Shown here: positions 50,509 through 64,000 of the stretch, one piece after another
Layout of the letters: every line of letters starts with the position of its first letter
Position numbering within the stretch: the stretch's first letter is position 1
NCBI RefSeq assembly: GCF_001194135.2
Contig: NC_068983.1
Location: 20,734,999 to 20,798,998, forward strand
From: Octopus bimaculoides
Taxonomy: Eukaryota
Direction: 5' to 3'
DNA: 64,000 nt
The notes under the pieces: model-generated
The model's input: the letters and a program-made list of their open reading frames with translations, nothing else
What the model was told of the DNA's origin: nothing
Databases searched by the model: none
Program-made: the position numbers and the translations under genes

Positions 50509-50847
50509 GCACAGGCGTGGTTGTGTTGTAAAAAGCTTGCTCCCCAACTACATAGTTCGGGTTCAGTCTCACTGCATGACACCTTGGGCCGTACCAAAGC
50601 CTTGTTAGTGGATTTGGTAGACGGAAACTGAAAGAAGCCCGTCGAATACATGGGGGAGTGTTTGTGCCTGTGGTTGTCCCCAAACAACTAATGGACAACC
50701 AGTGTGTTGACAAGGGAATCGGGTACCATAAGTACTAGGTTTTTAAGAAAACAAGTCCTGGGGGTGATTTATTTGACTAAAACCTTTCAAGGCAATGCCC
50801 CAGTATGGTCGCAATCAAATGTCTGAAGCAAGTAAAGGATAAAAGAT
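50509..50847 (+). mobile_element. SINE family C with internal deletions
   Basis: GTGGATTTGGTAGACGGAAACTGAAAGAAGCCCGTCG; tail CAATCAAATGTCTGAAGCAAGTAAAGGATAAAAGA. Confidence 0.87.
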
Positions 50848-51407
50848 ACCTGCTGATGTTTCCTATTATGAACGTACCAATGATGATCAAGTGCCTGTGT
50901 ATTTTAGTTAAAAACTTACTCATCTTCTAAGTGAACTGATCGTTTATATATTAAGAAGAAATAATTCCACAGAAATGCCTGCCCCAATAGGAGACTAACG
51001 TAGTACCTATTATGTGTATTAAGAAAAATACGTATAGATTCCATTGGTTAACGTGACACAAAGTGGCACACAACTACATATAATGTTATTCCTATAAAAG
51101 CAACAGCCTTTCCTGGTTTTTCTTCCCCACATCTAATAAATGTTTTGACGGACAGACAGACGAAGATCCGATTTTCTTTTATTGCATAAGACCACAAGGT
51201 GAAACTGAGAAAGTGTTGAAAAGTTAATGAACTAGGGGGAATGTTAATATTCTAAACGACAAACGAAACATGACGGACTATTAAGGAAATGTGTATACAA
51301 TCTTTAAAGCAAAATTTCAACGCGAGCAAGCTCATGTCTTCAGACACACATTCTGTTTAGGGACACAAGATCAGGAGAAAGTGTGTGTGTGTGTGCGTGT
51401 GTGTGTG

Positions 51408-51454
<47 letters not shown>

Positions 51455-51957
51455 TTATATTATAATGTNNNNNNNNNNNNNNNNNNNNNNNNNNNNNNNN
51501 NNNNNNNNNNNNNNNNNNNNNNNNNNNNNNNNNNNNNNNNNNNNNNNNNNNNNNNNNNNNNNNNNNNNNNNNNNNNNNNNNNNNNNNNNNNNNNNNNNNN
51601 NNNNNNNNNNNNNNNNNNNNNNNNNNNNNNNNNNNNNNNNNNNNNNNNNNNNNNNNNNNNNNNNNNNNNNNNNNNNNNNNNNNNNNNNNNNNNNNNNNNN
51701 NNNNNNNNNNNNNNNNNNNNNNNNNNNNNNNNNNNNNNNNNNNNNNNNNNNNNNNNNNNNNNNNNNNNNNNNNNNNNNNNNNNNNNNNNNNNNNNNNNNN
51801 NNNNNNNNNNNNNNNNNNNNNNNNNNNNNNNNNNNNNNNNNNNNNNNNNNNNNNNNNNNNNNNNNNNNNNNNNNNNNNNNNNNNNNNNNNNNNNNNNNNN
51901 NNNNNNNNNNNNNNNNNNNNNNNNNNNNNNNNNNNNNNNNNNNNNNNNNNNNNNNNN

Positions 51958-51998
<41 letters not shown>

Positions 51999-52454
51999 TT
52001 ATATTATAATGTCTATAGATCATTTATCATATGTGACTCAAAAAAAGCTATATTTCGTAATTGTGTCATACTTATTGATGGTAAGAAGATTTAACGAAAG
52101 TTTCTTTAACTTATCATGTTGGGTATAATAAATACACGTTACATATCTTAACTGAAACAACGCCAGTTATTGGTGTCCTGTTGCTAGTCAAAAAGGTATA
52201 AATTCACCAACTAATTCAACGCTTTTTAATACCGCAACGTCCGTTTTACTTGATGATGTGAATCAACGAATGTTGATTTAGACATACAACGTTACTAACG
52301 AGAGAGAAAGAACCATGTTTTGAAAATTATAACTGAATGCTATTGATTAGCTAAATGCAGTTCCAAATTACGACAAGCATGTTAAAATAAAAGACGTTTG
52401 GTTTCAAATTTTAGCACAAGCCCAGCACACCCATGGGATGGGTAAGTCGATTAT

Positions 52455-52587
52455 ACACATACATATATATATACGTATATCTATACATATATATATACAT
52501 ACATATATATATGCACACATATGTATATCTCTGCATATATATAAACATATATATATACATCTATATATATTTATATATGTATACATA

Positions 52588-52620
<33 letters not shown>

Positions 52621-53280
52621 TCATATATATATATACGTATATATATAGACATATACATATATATATACATATATATATGCATATATATATATATATGTAT
52701 ATGTCTATATATATATATGTATATATATATATGAATATATATATANNNNNNNNNNNNNNNNNNNNNNNNNNNNNNNNNNNNNNNNNNNNNNNNNNNNNNN
52801 NNNNNNNNNNNNNNNNNNNNNNNNNNNNNNNNNNNNNNNNNNNNNNNNNNNNNNNNNNNNNNNNNNNNNNNNNNNNNNNNNNNNNNNNNNNNNNNNNNNN
52901 NNNNNNNNNNNNNNNNNNNNNNNNNNNNNNNNNNNNNNNNNNNNNNNNNNNNNNNNNNNNNNNNNNNNNNNNNNNNNNNNNNNNNNNNNNNNNNNNNNNN
53001 NNNNNNNNNNNNNNNNNNNNNNNNNNNNNNNNNNNNNNNNNNNNNNNNNNNNNNNNNNNNNNNNNNNNNNNNNNNNNNNNNNNNNNNNNNNNNNNNNNNN
53101 NNNNNNNNNNNNNNNNNNNNNNNNNNNNNNNNNNNNNNNNNNNNNNNNNNNNNNNNNNNNNNNNNNNNNNNNNNNNNNNNNNNNNNNATATATATATATA
53201 TATATATATACATATGTATATATATATATATACATATGTATATATATATATACATATGTATATATATATATACATATGTT
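52455..53280. repeat. Degenerate (TA)n/TATACA low-complexity tract around a gap
   Basis: Direct reading; similar tract at about 55320-55600. Confidence 0.95.
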
Positions 53281-55319
53281 GCTGTGTCTAGATACCCGTA
53301 ACTTCGCAGTTTGTTAATAGATATTAATAGAGTCAGTACCAGTCTTGAAACAGAAGAATAAGAATTGCGGCCCACTCTTTCGATTAAAAATTCTTCAAAG
53401 CGTTCCCCTGATGTCTGAAGTATAAAGGCTGAAACGCGTAAAAGATTTTATGTGCGCGAGTGTGTGCGCGCGCTTATGTGTTTGTGTATGCGTGTATGTG
53501 TGTTTAGAGATAGAGAGAACATCTTACACCACATCTGGTTTCAAATGAGCCAGTTTTCTTATAGCTCATATTTTATAATTAAAATATGTAGATAATTATT
53601 AAGGTATTTAATAGTTCACTGTGAATTATTCCAAACATTATCCGTTCTTCTTTTTCTAATTCTTTGAATTATTCCAAACATTATCCGTTCTAACTGTGCC
53701 ATTTGTTAACAACATTCCTTCTCTCACAACATTGTAAGAATATTTTTTTTATCTTGGAGTGAACTAAATTCCAGATTGCTAAATAACAACAGATACTCAA
53801 CAAAAAATTTTACTCTTCTGGCTATTTTTGGTACTTCACATTTTATCATACATTTCCTCTAGTATATAATTTCGGTAAAATATTTACTACAAAGAACAAG
53901 GTTTAATACACACACTGTTTTTAAATCTGATCATGTGTCTCAATGGTTTACTGAGTATGAACGTTATTAAGGAATAGTCAGTGCAACCCTCTGGACTCTT
54001 CCTTGTAATCATTTCAGTTCACGTTTCGTGGCTTTACACTTGAGAAATAATCTCATTTATGTAACACGATAAAACTGACTCACCATGCTTACATAAGAAC
54101 ATTCATTTCAGCTTCACACAATTAGGACACGATGCTGAATACTAATATTTCTCATATTATAACCTATTATTGTTTACAATTAATTATTTTACTTGGCATT
54201 GAGAGATAGACAGTTTATCAGTTGAAACACAAGCGGGCAGTGACTATAACTTTCCATTTTCCTAACAAATTGTCTAGGCTATGTACGATTAACTAAAATG
54301 CAGAATTTTTCTCTCAGAACATTACAGGGAATTTGATTTCGATTCTGATCAATATATATTTGAAATATTTGGAATGAATGTTGACAGAATGCTTAATCTA
54401 AATTTACCCTCTTCTTATATAATGCGCAAAAGGTCAATGTGTGCATACAATGTGAAAAGTGCTGCTGGCTTCAGTCCAGTAGTGAATGGGGAATACAAAG
54501 TGTCGATTTAAATACTCGAAACAGTGTGAATGAAGTTGCAATTTTGAAGTTACTCAATTATAACCGTTTCTTGTTCTTGTTCTATTCTTATTCTAGATGT
54601 AATTGCATGGATTCTATTCAATTTCCATCTCCATTGCTCAGGATCTGGGTAAGGCATGTTCTTAGTATTATTTGAAGTTATCGATAACTGTTAGAAAATA
54701 TGTTAATACTGCTGCTTTCAACTAATTTATATATCATTTCATTAATAACATAAACGCTCTTTGTTTCTTTTGCCAAGTTATATCTTATATCTGAAATAGG
54801 TAGGTATGACAGTCCCTCTTCTCCTCCTCCTCCTCTTTTCCCTCACTCTCTGTATGCGTGTAATATAGACATGCATACATATGCATAAATACGTAGACAC
54901 GTTCATTTACACATTCGTAGAAAATGCATTACATTGCATTGTGTAATTGCAAGTATGTATTTCTGTCAGTATGTATATATATATATAAAAGATAATAAGA
55001 GTGAAAAAACTACAGAAGGCGTGTGTTACATGGTTAAAGTATATATTTAAATTATGTAAGAAAAATGTTATAAAAATGTTATAAAATCTTTTTGGTATAT
55101 AAACATTGTATTTTGAGAAATAACCGGTTTCGTGTTGTCTTTTCAAATTTCTCTACTTCATTGTGTCGTGTTCGTTCCAGTCTGAGAAAGAAGAGTTCTA
55201 GATAGGGGGAGGTAATTAGGGATTTCTTCCGGTATAGGGGAGATAATCGAAATCTAGGAGGTGGTAGAATTTGATTAATTTACCATGGTTTTGTTCTATA
55301 TTTTTCCCCCTTTTTTTCC

Positions 55320-55350
<31 letters not shown>

Positions 55351-55485
55351 GCACATATAAGGAAATGTATATATCCATACATATATATATGCATATATAG
55401 GTAAATATATATAAATACATACGTATATGCATATATAGTATATACATATATATATATATATATATATTTGTCTGTCTGTATGTGT

Positions 55486-55531
<46 letters not shown>

Positions 55532-57622
55532 ATATATAGGTAAATGTACATAAATACATACGTATATGCATATATAGTATATATATATATATATGTCCAC
55601 TAAGTAAGTTTGTGTGTGTGTGTGTGTGTTTGTATGCGCATACACGAGAGTATAAATATTCCGAGTGATCCACATTAAACAAACAAGGTTCGAAAATTTT
55701 CGATAAAAGCAACTCGCCATAGCGGTGGTTCAAATGATATGATAATAATCACTTACTGTGCCATATGTTAACAACATTCCTTCTCTCACGACGATTTTCA
55801 TAGATTATTTATCTTAACCTTTCATATATATCCACCCATAAATTACTGATTAATGCAGCTCGTCTAACATTGTCTACCCCTACCCATAATGTTTTGTTAT
55901 AGAATTAAAAATCATAGTATAAACTAAATAACATAAAAATAAAGAAACGTTGTTGAGGTTTCATTTGAAGTTTGTGCAATGTTCTCGTAAGAATTTTCTT
56001 TAACAAAAATAGCGTTAAGTCAGGCTTACTGCTCGGTGTTACGAACTAATACATGTTATGAGCTAATAAATCAGGTGCCTGTTTCTTTCTTTTGATTTTT
56101 GAAGTTTATAATGTTGATGTTGATAGTGCAATTGTGTTGATTTTTGTTATTGTTGCTGTTGTTATTACTACTACTTTTGCTGCCGCTGCCGCTGCAGCAC
56201 ATTGTAAAAGCTTAATTGTGCAAACGTATGATAGAATGTGTTTTGCAAACGTATGATAGAATGTGTTTTGCAAACTCAGCGGTTTGATTTTCTTTTTCCT
56301 GCATTTTTTTTTTTTTGGTAGAGTAGCATGTATGGCATGAAGTATATTTTAGCGACCGTATCTCGCAGGTCAACTGGTCCTGTAGAGTCTTATATCGTTG
56401 ACTTGTTTATGTTGATATTCTTATTATTGTTGGAGATTAAATCATTGACGCTGCATCAGACGGTCGTGTAGTGGTTGTGTTTAATGTTTAGATCCTGGAA
56501 ATTTATGATCAAATGCATTCCAGCTCTGACCATCCCGCTTCAGGCTAGAGTTAGATCTGAAAGATATACGGTTCGTAAAAGTTGTTCGTACAGAAAGAGT
56601 GCATCCCTTGTTTGGGATTGCAAAAATATGGTGTTTCTCTAAATGCCGACATGTGTCTTTCTACTAATGCATTTGTGGTTGTTGCAGTTATGGTAAACGA
56701 TTTTAGTCTGTGACATCAATGATAATATGACTGTTGATATTCATGTAAATTATATTCCTTTTACTGCTAATTTTCTTATCGTGTTGTATGTTTCGTTGAT
56801 AATTCGGTCGCTTTCGCTGTATATTTAAAGACTATGAAATATTTTTGATTATACGCGCAATTTACAAATGATTATTTATATTACTATTAAAATGCACGAG
56901 AAAAGTTATTGCTATTTTGCAACAAGTCAAGGGCTAATTGAACATACATATACCAAAACTATTTCAGTTGTGCCATTTCTCTTTTACACCTCTCTTATAT
57001 ATCGTACATCGAGACGTACGATATCGAAAGTAAGGCCCTAGAGTGTGACTTTGAAAGATTTATCTGCTAATTCTGACAGCTTGGTTAACATTATAGAGGC
57101 TCTTACTTTTCTTCATTGAAATTAAATGAAAACGATAATCATCTATTAAAGGGCTTGCAGGAACCATAAGTCTTTAATAACATTTGTCTGAAGAGGTTTA
57201 TATTGGTACTATTTTGAGTAATCATATCAACGAAAGGCAATACCAATCTTCAAGTCCTACTGGCTATTATATTCTGTGTATTGAAATTCATTTCATATAG
57301 GCCGAGGTTTGGTATATACAATTCTGAAGTGCAGTATTTTTTTTATCTCTGTATTGTTTATCTATGTTCTGAAATGAAAATTAAATATGTATAGCCTCTT
57401 GCAAAAGTGTAAGTATGTAAGAAATAATAGAACAGCTAATGTGAGTTATCATTGTCTGAATTGAAAACTGTTCAGTTAAGGCAATAAGATTCTACCTAGG
57501 AAATATGCTTTCTGTCATAAAGGTATATTATATTGTGACAACTGATGTTAAAGTTTTCTGTATTGTCAACATATATTTGAAACATTCTCCATCATGGAAT
57601 CCTACTTAACCTGCTACAATAT

Positions 57623-57659
<37 letters not shown>

Positions 57660-59366
57660 CGTGCGTGTTCGTGCGTGAGTGTATTAATGTTAGTTGCAGT
57701 GCCTTGTGATAGGAAACCCCATTATTCTCTCAAAAACACAAACCATTATCGCAAATATCACGACTCAAGTGTCTGAAGAAATCTTACAACGAGTTTGGTC
57801 AAAAGCGTCAGATTATCAAAACACTGAGATGATTGGTAAAAGTAATCTACATTGCTTTCTTTAATTAATAGCAAACGTGGTATAATACATCAAAGTCTAT
57901 GAGACAAAATAAATACAGCATAGATAACATATAAGCGAGAAAATACTAAGCTGCTTTCTAAAGATTATAAATACCGAATAAACTAAATAAAAAATCTAAG
58001 AAAATTAAAAGGAACAACAGATTCATTTATATTACATAGAACAGGAGATAACAATAGTTATATTAGATATAATCTTGTTAAACATACAACACCAGAAGTC
58101 CGATGCATGTATTTGTAAATGTATTGTATTATTAAGTGAAGGGTATGGTAATGTATGCCTCATAAAAGCTCAGTGGAATCTTTCCTATAGAAGCTTTCAA
58201 CATGAAGAGTATATAATTAAGTGAAAGTTGTATTATTTAAGGTGGTAGACCGAAAATAATTATTAATAATTTGATAGCAGAACATCGGACCAAACAGCAT
58301 TGATATAAAAAAAAAAAAATCGGAAAAAACTTCCACTTCCTAACAGGAGAACATTTTCTGAACAGCCATAAACTTAACACACCGTACCGTGCACTAAAAC
58401 AGTGTTGATGTGAGTTAGTGTTGCATGAAAACTTGTACGAACCCCTCAAATGCGAAAATGTAAAAGTCTCGCAATGGATCGTTGAGCGTAAAACGCCGGC
58501 ATGCAATTATCGAAACATATATTAGAAAAATGAATATTTACCAGGCCGATCATACTGTCTGGGAAGCAGCAATTATCTCTAAGGCTTCTTATCATCACGC
58601 TGGACAAGATTTGCGGAACACTTTATGAAGTGGCGCTTGAAACCAGCATAGGTCGTTGCGTGATCACAAAGAAAACAAAACAGTACTGCCGATAAACATT
58701 GGTAAAAATTGACAGTGTCTTCTAACTGTTAGACAATACTTGAGTATTTAAAAAAACACTGCGGTCTCGGCTTCACAGATAAAATCCATATAGTCTTACC
58801 CTAATCTTAAATCTGAAGAACAACCTAGTACTGTTGACACAGCCAAATTCTTTCAGAATTTAAAAAGTAATCCCTCGTACATGACGGCTAGTATACGGAA
58901 TAGCATATGACACAATCTATATATGGAACAACAGACAAGGGAGTAAGTATATACATACAACGGCTTTCTTTCAGTTTGTTTTTTTTTGAAAATAGAAATA
59001 ATATATTTCTAAACCCCTCAGAGAGATTTATGGAGTAGCAGCACGAGAAATTGATAGTATGCTGTCAACTTAATGTGACAGTGTCATAAAAGGGAAGAAG
59101 GTTACGGTTATTTAGCCCTAGGAAGCACCGTTTCCTGTTGAGTTTTAGAAATGTATTATTTCTATTTTCAAAAATCAGTGAATGCATTTCATTTGAAATA
59201 TATATCTTTTCAAAGGCAGATATGCATCAACAGCTAGCGAGCCATGCTACTCCAGACTTATTATGAGCAATGACTCAGAAACTAGTCTCTGGATGCTGGC
59301 TTTGCTGGGTGTAGATGCTTATCTCCACTTTGAAAACATAAGGACACAGGAAAAAGGACGGATTTA

Positions 59367-59492
59367 TTTCAGTTTCTGCTTACCAAGTCCACTCACAAAG
59401 CTTTGGTTGGCCCTAGGCTATTAGTAGGAACACTTGCCAAAGATGAAATGCAGTTGGACTGAACCCCGGAACCATGATGTCGGGAAGAAAAC
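59367..59492 (-). mobile_element. SINE family C 5' part (continues at about 58955-58977)
   Basis: TTTCAGTTTCTGCTTACCAAGTCCACTCACAAAGCTTTGG...GAACCCCGGAACCATG. Confidence 0.75.
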
Positions 59493-60322
59493 ATCTCGTG
59501 TGTGTGTGTGAACGCGCGTGCGCGTCTGTAAGTGTGTGTGCTGGACTACTTGCGTGTATGTACTTTTTATATATAACTATACATAACTGTTTATATAGAT
59601 ATGTACACACACTCACACGCACACACAATACATGCACATTCTTGTATTGTAAATGTCATTTTCAACAGGAAAGAACTCACTCATATCAATAGATGAGACC
59701 TGTACAATCTATTCAGGATACACAAAGACTACTTCATCTCGCATACCAATTGTACACAGGACTAGTGCAAGCTATTCCTGGCTGAACAATACAACCGGTC
59801 GTGTACCACAATGGCGGCCAAGATGACTCGAATGTGGAGGATAAGAAACGAGAACAGAACATTAGAAAAGAGAGATGTGTAAATATACGAGCAATGATAA
59901 ATCAGGTATTTCGTATGTCAGGTTAAATCTCATGGAAATCTTTTCGTGCATTGAGTGCTTATTTCTAAAGGGTGACAATGTGATTGGAATATATTTACTA
60001 ATATGGAAAAGCAGGCAGATTCACACATACAGGCATGTACATGTATAATTTGAGCTGCTATTGGTATAAAAAAGTTTCCGTCAAATGCAAAGAAAAAGAA
60101 TGAGCATCCGTTAATGGTGGAATTCTCCATTAACAGCGAATATATTTATGGGGACCAAGACGAGTAGATGTTTCATTTCTGACTTTATCTCAGCTCCAGG
60201 AGATAAAGTATGTTCCTTTTCTGTAGTGCAAGCATGCATTTCTCTATCCATTGACGTATACAATCGATATAAGGACACGGACATGTACAGAGGTGCATAC
60301 ACACACACACATACATGCACAC

Positions 60323-60407
<85 letters not shown>

Positions 60408-60592
60408 GTATATTAACTATTCGTATCTATTCTCTTTGCCTCTTTCTGTGTATGTGTGTATGTATGAGCATGCGCGTGTGTGTGTTTGTATCAAGACAAA
60501 TTACGTGTCTCAGTTGTGATTTGTTTATTTGATTCTTTCCATAACACTTCATGATAGTGGAAGGATCCAGTTTTTTCTCTCAACTGAATTAC

Positions 60593-60670
60593 CTGCTCCT
60601 GAATTAAAGCGTCTGTAGATGAGCATTTCACAAACTCGTGTTTCTTTGGTGTAATTATCAGTAGAATCAT
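60593..60670 (-). CDS. Candidate 78-nt symmetric coding exon, unknown protein
   Basis: Acceptor CCATCCTTTGTCGTAG| and donor GCAG|GTAATT. Length divisible by 3. Open in phase 1 (DDSTDNYTKETRVCEMLIYRRFNSGA) and phase 0 (MILLIITPKKHEFVKCSSTDALIQEQ). Confidence 0.3.
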
Positions 60671-61084
60671 CTACGACAAAGGATGGCTCGGCACAGATCC
60701 CAGATCAAAATTCCGAAGAACAGAAAAATAGCATTCAGCGAACACATCGATATTTGCGCCAATAACAAACAATCCAGCTTCACAATTTTTCCCCTCAATC
60801 AATTCAGGAACGATACAAACTAGTCAGCGCATTAATAAAGAGTCGTTCTTTATCACAAAATATAAACCCCTTTTAAATGCATCCACTACAAGTGACACTA
60901 TCACCAGGGCCTTTGAATAACACACACGCAAATAATAAAAACGATATATTCAAAACAGTCATTTCACATTAAATTATTCAGAACAATTCCAATCGCTACT
61001 ATTCCAAACACATCGGGTCACTTTTATGTCAGTTGACCATTTAAGAGGATTCCACGTGCTACTATCTATACCACTACCACATTT

Positions 61085-61115
61085 TTCTTCTTCTTCTTCT
61101 TCTTCTTCTTCTTCT

Positions 61116-61148
<33 letters not shown>

Positions 61149-61217
61149 CCTCCTCCTTCTTCTTCTACTTCTTCTCCTCCTCCTCCTCCTTCTTCTCCTT
61201 CCTCTTCTTCTCCTCCT
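61085..61217. repeat. (TTC)n grading into (CTC)n trinucleotide tract
   Basis: Direct reading; runs into an N-gap. Confidence 0.95.
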
Positions 61218-63149
61218 NNNNNNNNNNNNNNNNNNNNNNNNNNNNNNNNNNNNNNNNNNNNNNNNNNNNNNNNNNNNNNNNNNNNNNNNNNNNNNNNNNN
61301 NNNNNNNNNNNNNNNNNNNNNNNNNNNNNNNNNNNNNNNNNNNNNNNNNNNNNNNNNNNNNNNNNNNNNNNNNNNNNNNNNNNNNNNNNNNNNNNNNNNN
61401 NNNNNNNNNNNNNNNNNNNNNNNNNNNNNNNNNNNNNNNNNNNNNNNNNNNNNNNNNNNNNNNNNNNNNNNNNNNNNNNNNNNNNNNNNNNNNNNNNNNN
61501 NNNNNNNNNNNNNNNNNNNNNNNNNNNNNNNNNNNNNNNNNNNNNNNNNNNNNNNNNNNNNNNNNNNNNNNNNNNNNNNNNNNNNNNNNNNNNNNNNNNN
61601 NNNNNNNNNNNNNNNNNNNNNNNNNNNNNNNNNNNNNNNNNNNNNNNNNNNNNNNNNNNNNNNNNNNNNNNNNNNNNNNNNNNNNNNNNNNNNNNNNNNN
61701 NNNNNNNNNNNNNNNNNNNNNNNNNNNNNNNNNNNNNNNNNNNNNNNNNNNNNNNNNNNNNNNNNNNNNNNNNNNNNNNNNNNNNNNNNNNNNNNNNNNN
61801 NNNNNNNNNNNNNNNNNNNNNNNNNNNNNNNNNNNNNNNNNNNNNNNNNNNNNNNNNNNNNNNNNNNNNNNNNNNNNNNNNNNNNNNNNNNNNNNNNNNN
61901 NNNNNNNNNNNNNNNNNNNNNNNNNNNNNNNNNNNNNNNNNNNNNNNNNNNNNNNNNNNNNNNNNNNNNNNNNNNNNNNNNNNNNNNNNNNNNNNNNNNN
62001 NNNNNNNNNNNNNNNNNNNNNNNNNNNNNNNNNNNNNNNNNNNNNNNNNNNNNNNNNNNNNNNNNNNNTGGTATGTGAGTTTGTGTACAGGTATAGAATA
62101 TTTTATTATGCAGTCATTATTTCGTACCGAGCTGAGTTTCGTTTTTTTTATAACTGTGTCTACGTTATTGCTTTTGTTAAGGCGCTGAGGAAGAATTATT
62201 AGAGAACGATAATCCTGCGAAGAGAGGGGGCGTGGATTCGATGAGACGGTCAGTAAAAAACATTAAATAGGAAACATTAATAGATTGCTGTCCAAGTGGT
62301 GGTCAAAGCATTTTAGAAAGAAGTGTACGAAAGCTATTCAGTGGGCCAGTGTATGAGAATTGCCATATGTTAGCAAAGATGCCTTTCAGCTTTTGCTACA
62401 TCACAGCGGGGCGCGGGATCTTCGATTGGAAACAACAAAGGTGTGCGTGTGTGGGGGGAGGGGTGTGTGCGTACGTTCGTGCGTGCGTGCGTGTGCAGGT
62501 GTGTTTGAGTTTTTTGTATGACTTTGTACAAATGATCGCACCGACCATGACTTGAAGACGATGGGGGCTCGATGCCTACGTGGAAAGTCTGCTCCAACTT
62601 ACGACATAAAACACAAAAAACACGCGAGAAATCGGACTGCAACAACTTAAATAAATAATGTTGTCTATGAAAATATATGTAGGAGAAAATCTGCCATGAC
62701 TGAATGATCGTTTCTATGAATTGTATTGCTACTTGCCAAGCTGGATCGCATCTATCTCGGACAAAGTTAACTGCGACTAGTAGCTAACCGGGAATATTTC
62801 AATTTGTCTATACAACCTAGCAGGACCTAAACAAGGCGGGTAGACTTGAATTTAACTATATATTTCATATATGTTCGCAAAATATTTAATTACAGCCTTT
62901 GTCAGCGGTTCTCAGCATGAGGTTCATCCATGTCGTCGGGAGTCTAGTTGTAGACGCACAAAACTCTTAGCTCCTCGACAGTCACGATACATCGGAAAAC
63001 GGATTGGGAATAGATCTGCCTTACGCAACTACAGAACATTTACATTTGTTATAGGCCCTTTTACCCTGTAATTTCTGGGTAACTGACCACTGTGTCAATG
63101 CCTACAGATGGTACATGTTTCTCAATTCTCAATTTATCTTTCAATCCTT

Positions 63150-63365
63150 TATCTTTTACTTGTCACAGTCATTTTTTTTATTACAGCCATGTTGGGGCAC
63201 CACGTTGAAGTGTTTTAGTCGAATAAATCGACGCTAGAACTTAGCATTTAAATCCTGTTACTCATTCTATCAGTATCTTTTGCGGAACCGCCAAGTTACG
63301 GGAACATAAACGCACCAGCACTGGATGTCGGGCGGTGGTGGGTGAAACACGCAGACACAAAGACA

Positions 63366-63420
<55 letters not shown>

Positions 63421-63535
63421 GACGGGCTTCTTTCAATTTCTGTCTACAAGATTAGTCAGTTCCAGGCTATAGTAGATGATACTTGACCAAGGTTCCTCGC
63501 AGAGGGACTGGAGAAGCATACTCCTTGCCACCTGC
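63150..63535 (-). mobile_element. SINE family C, diverged, with expanded (TA)n
   Basis: ATCTTTTACTTG..CAGTCATTT tail; TACGACGGGCTTCTTTCAATTTCTGTCTAC body. Confidence 0.82.
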
Positions 63536-63941
63536 CGTGTTTTTTTCATTTGTGCATTTCTTACTAGAATGGATTTATCTTACCGTTAAAGGATATTTAG
63601 TGATATGTAAAGTGTTCTATTTTCTCTTAATTGAGCATTCACATTTTGATACATGTATATTATACATTTTTATGTATTTTTTTTTTAAATATCTATATTT
63701 ATTCTTTTCAACGAGTACAATTTTCCTTTAAGTATATATAACCCCTTCTCCTCTGTTTTCGTAACCGGTGTTCGTTCATAGACCTCGTGGCAAATAAAAA
63801 GAAACCATTATTATTATAAAGCTAATCGTAACATGTGCAGAACATTAAGAGATTGGAAGTAATTCACGACGTAATACGGTTTTGAGGTTTCCTCGTGTGT
63901 CCATACATATACACACACATACACTTTCATGCATATGGTTA

Positions 63942-64000
<59 letters not shown>

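Noticed and set aside
51383-52010. Identical (TG)n-TATTTATATTATAATGT on both sides of a gap
   Set aside because: Most likely overlapping contig ends (assembly artefact), not a real duplication.
59805-59885. ATGGCGGCC resembling a YY1/start-codon motif, with a 23-aa ORF
   Set aside because: Only a partial motif match, a very short ORF, no good donor and no other promoter evidence.

Overview
AT-rich, microsatellite-saturated eukaryotic genomic DNA from a short-read draft assembly (14 N-gaps, about 5.5 kb in total, most flanked by simple repeats). The repeat families and composition look like Octopus (inference from recalled octopus SINE families; no search run). No host protein-coding gene, rRNA, true tRNA or CRISPR array can be identified with confidence; the window is probably intronic or intergenic. 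Most long ORFs in the track are artefacts of N-runs and dinucleotide repeats. Supported content: about 25 copies of four tRNA-derived SINE families (working names A-D); a 5'-truncated Tx1/L1-type LINE with a CCHC zinc-knuckle ORF1, inserted into a SINE head; a decayed Tc1/mariner (DD37D-like) transposase; several MITE/foldback elements; a retroelement-like unit inside an (AAT)n tract; and a few low-confidence exon candidates. The most interesting signal is a modular SINE/LINE system. Two family-B SINEs share their 3' tail with the Tx1-like LINE (26/26 nt identical in one). A chimeric A/D SINE is flanked by a 15-bp TSD, so it moved as one unit. Five SINEs are stacked head-to-tail around (ATT)n tracts. 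Inverted SINE pairs and foldbacks could form dsRNA for ADAR editing.
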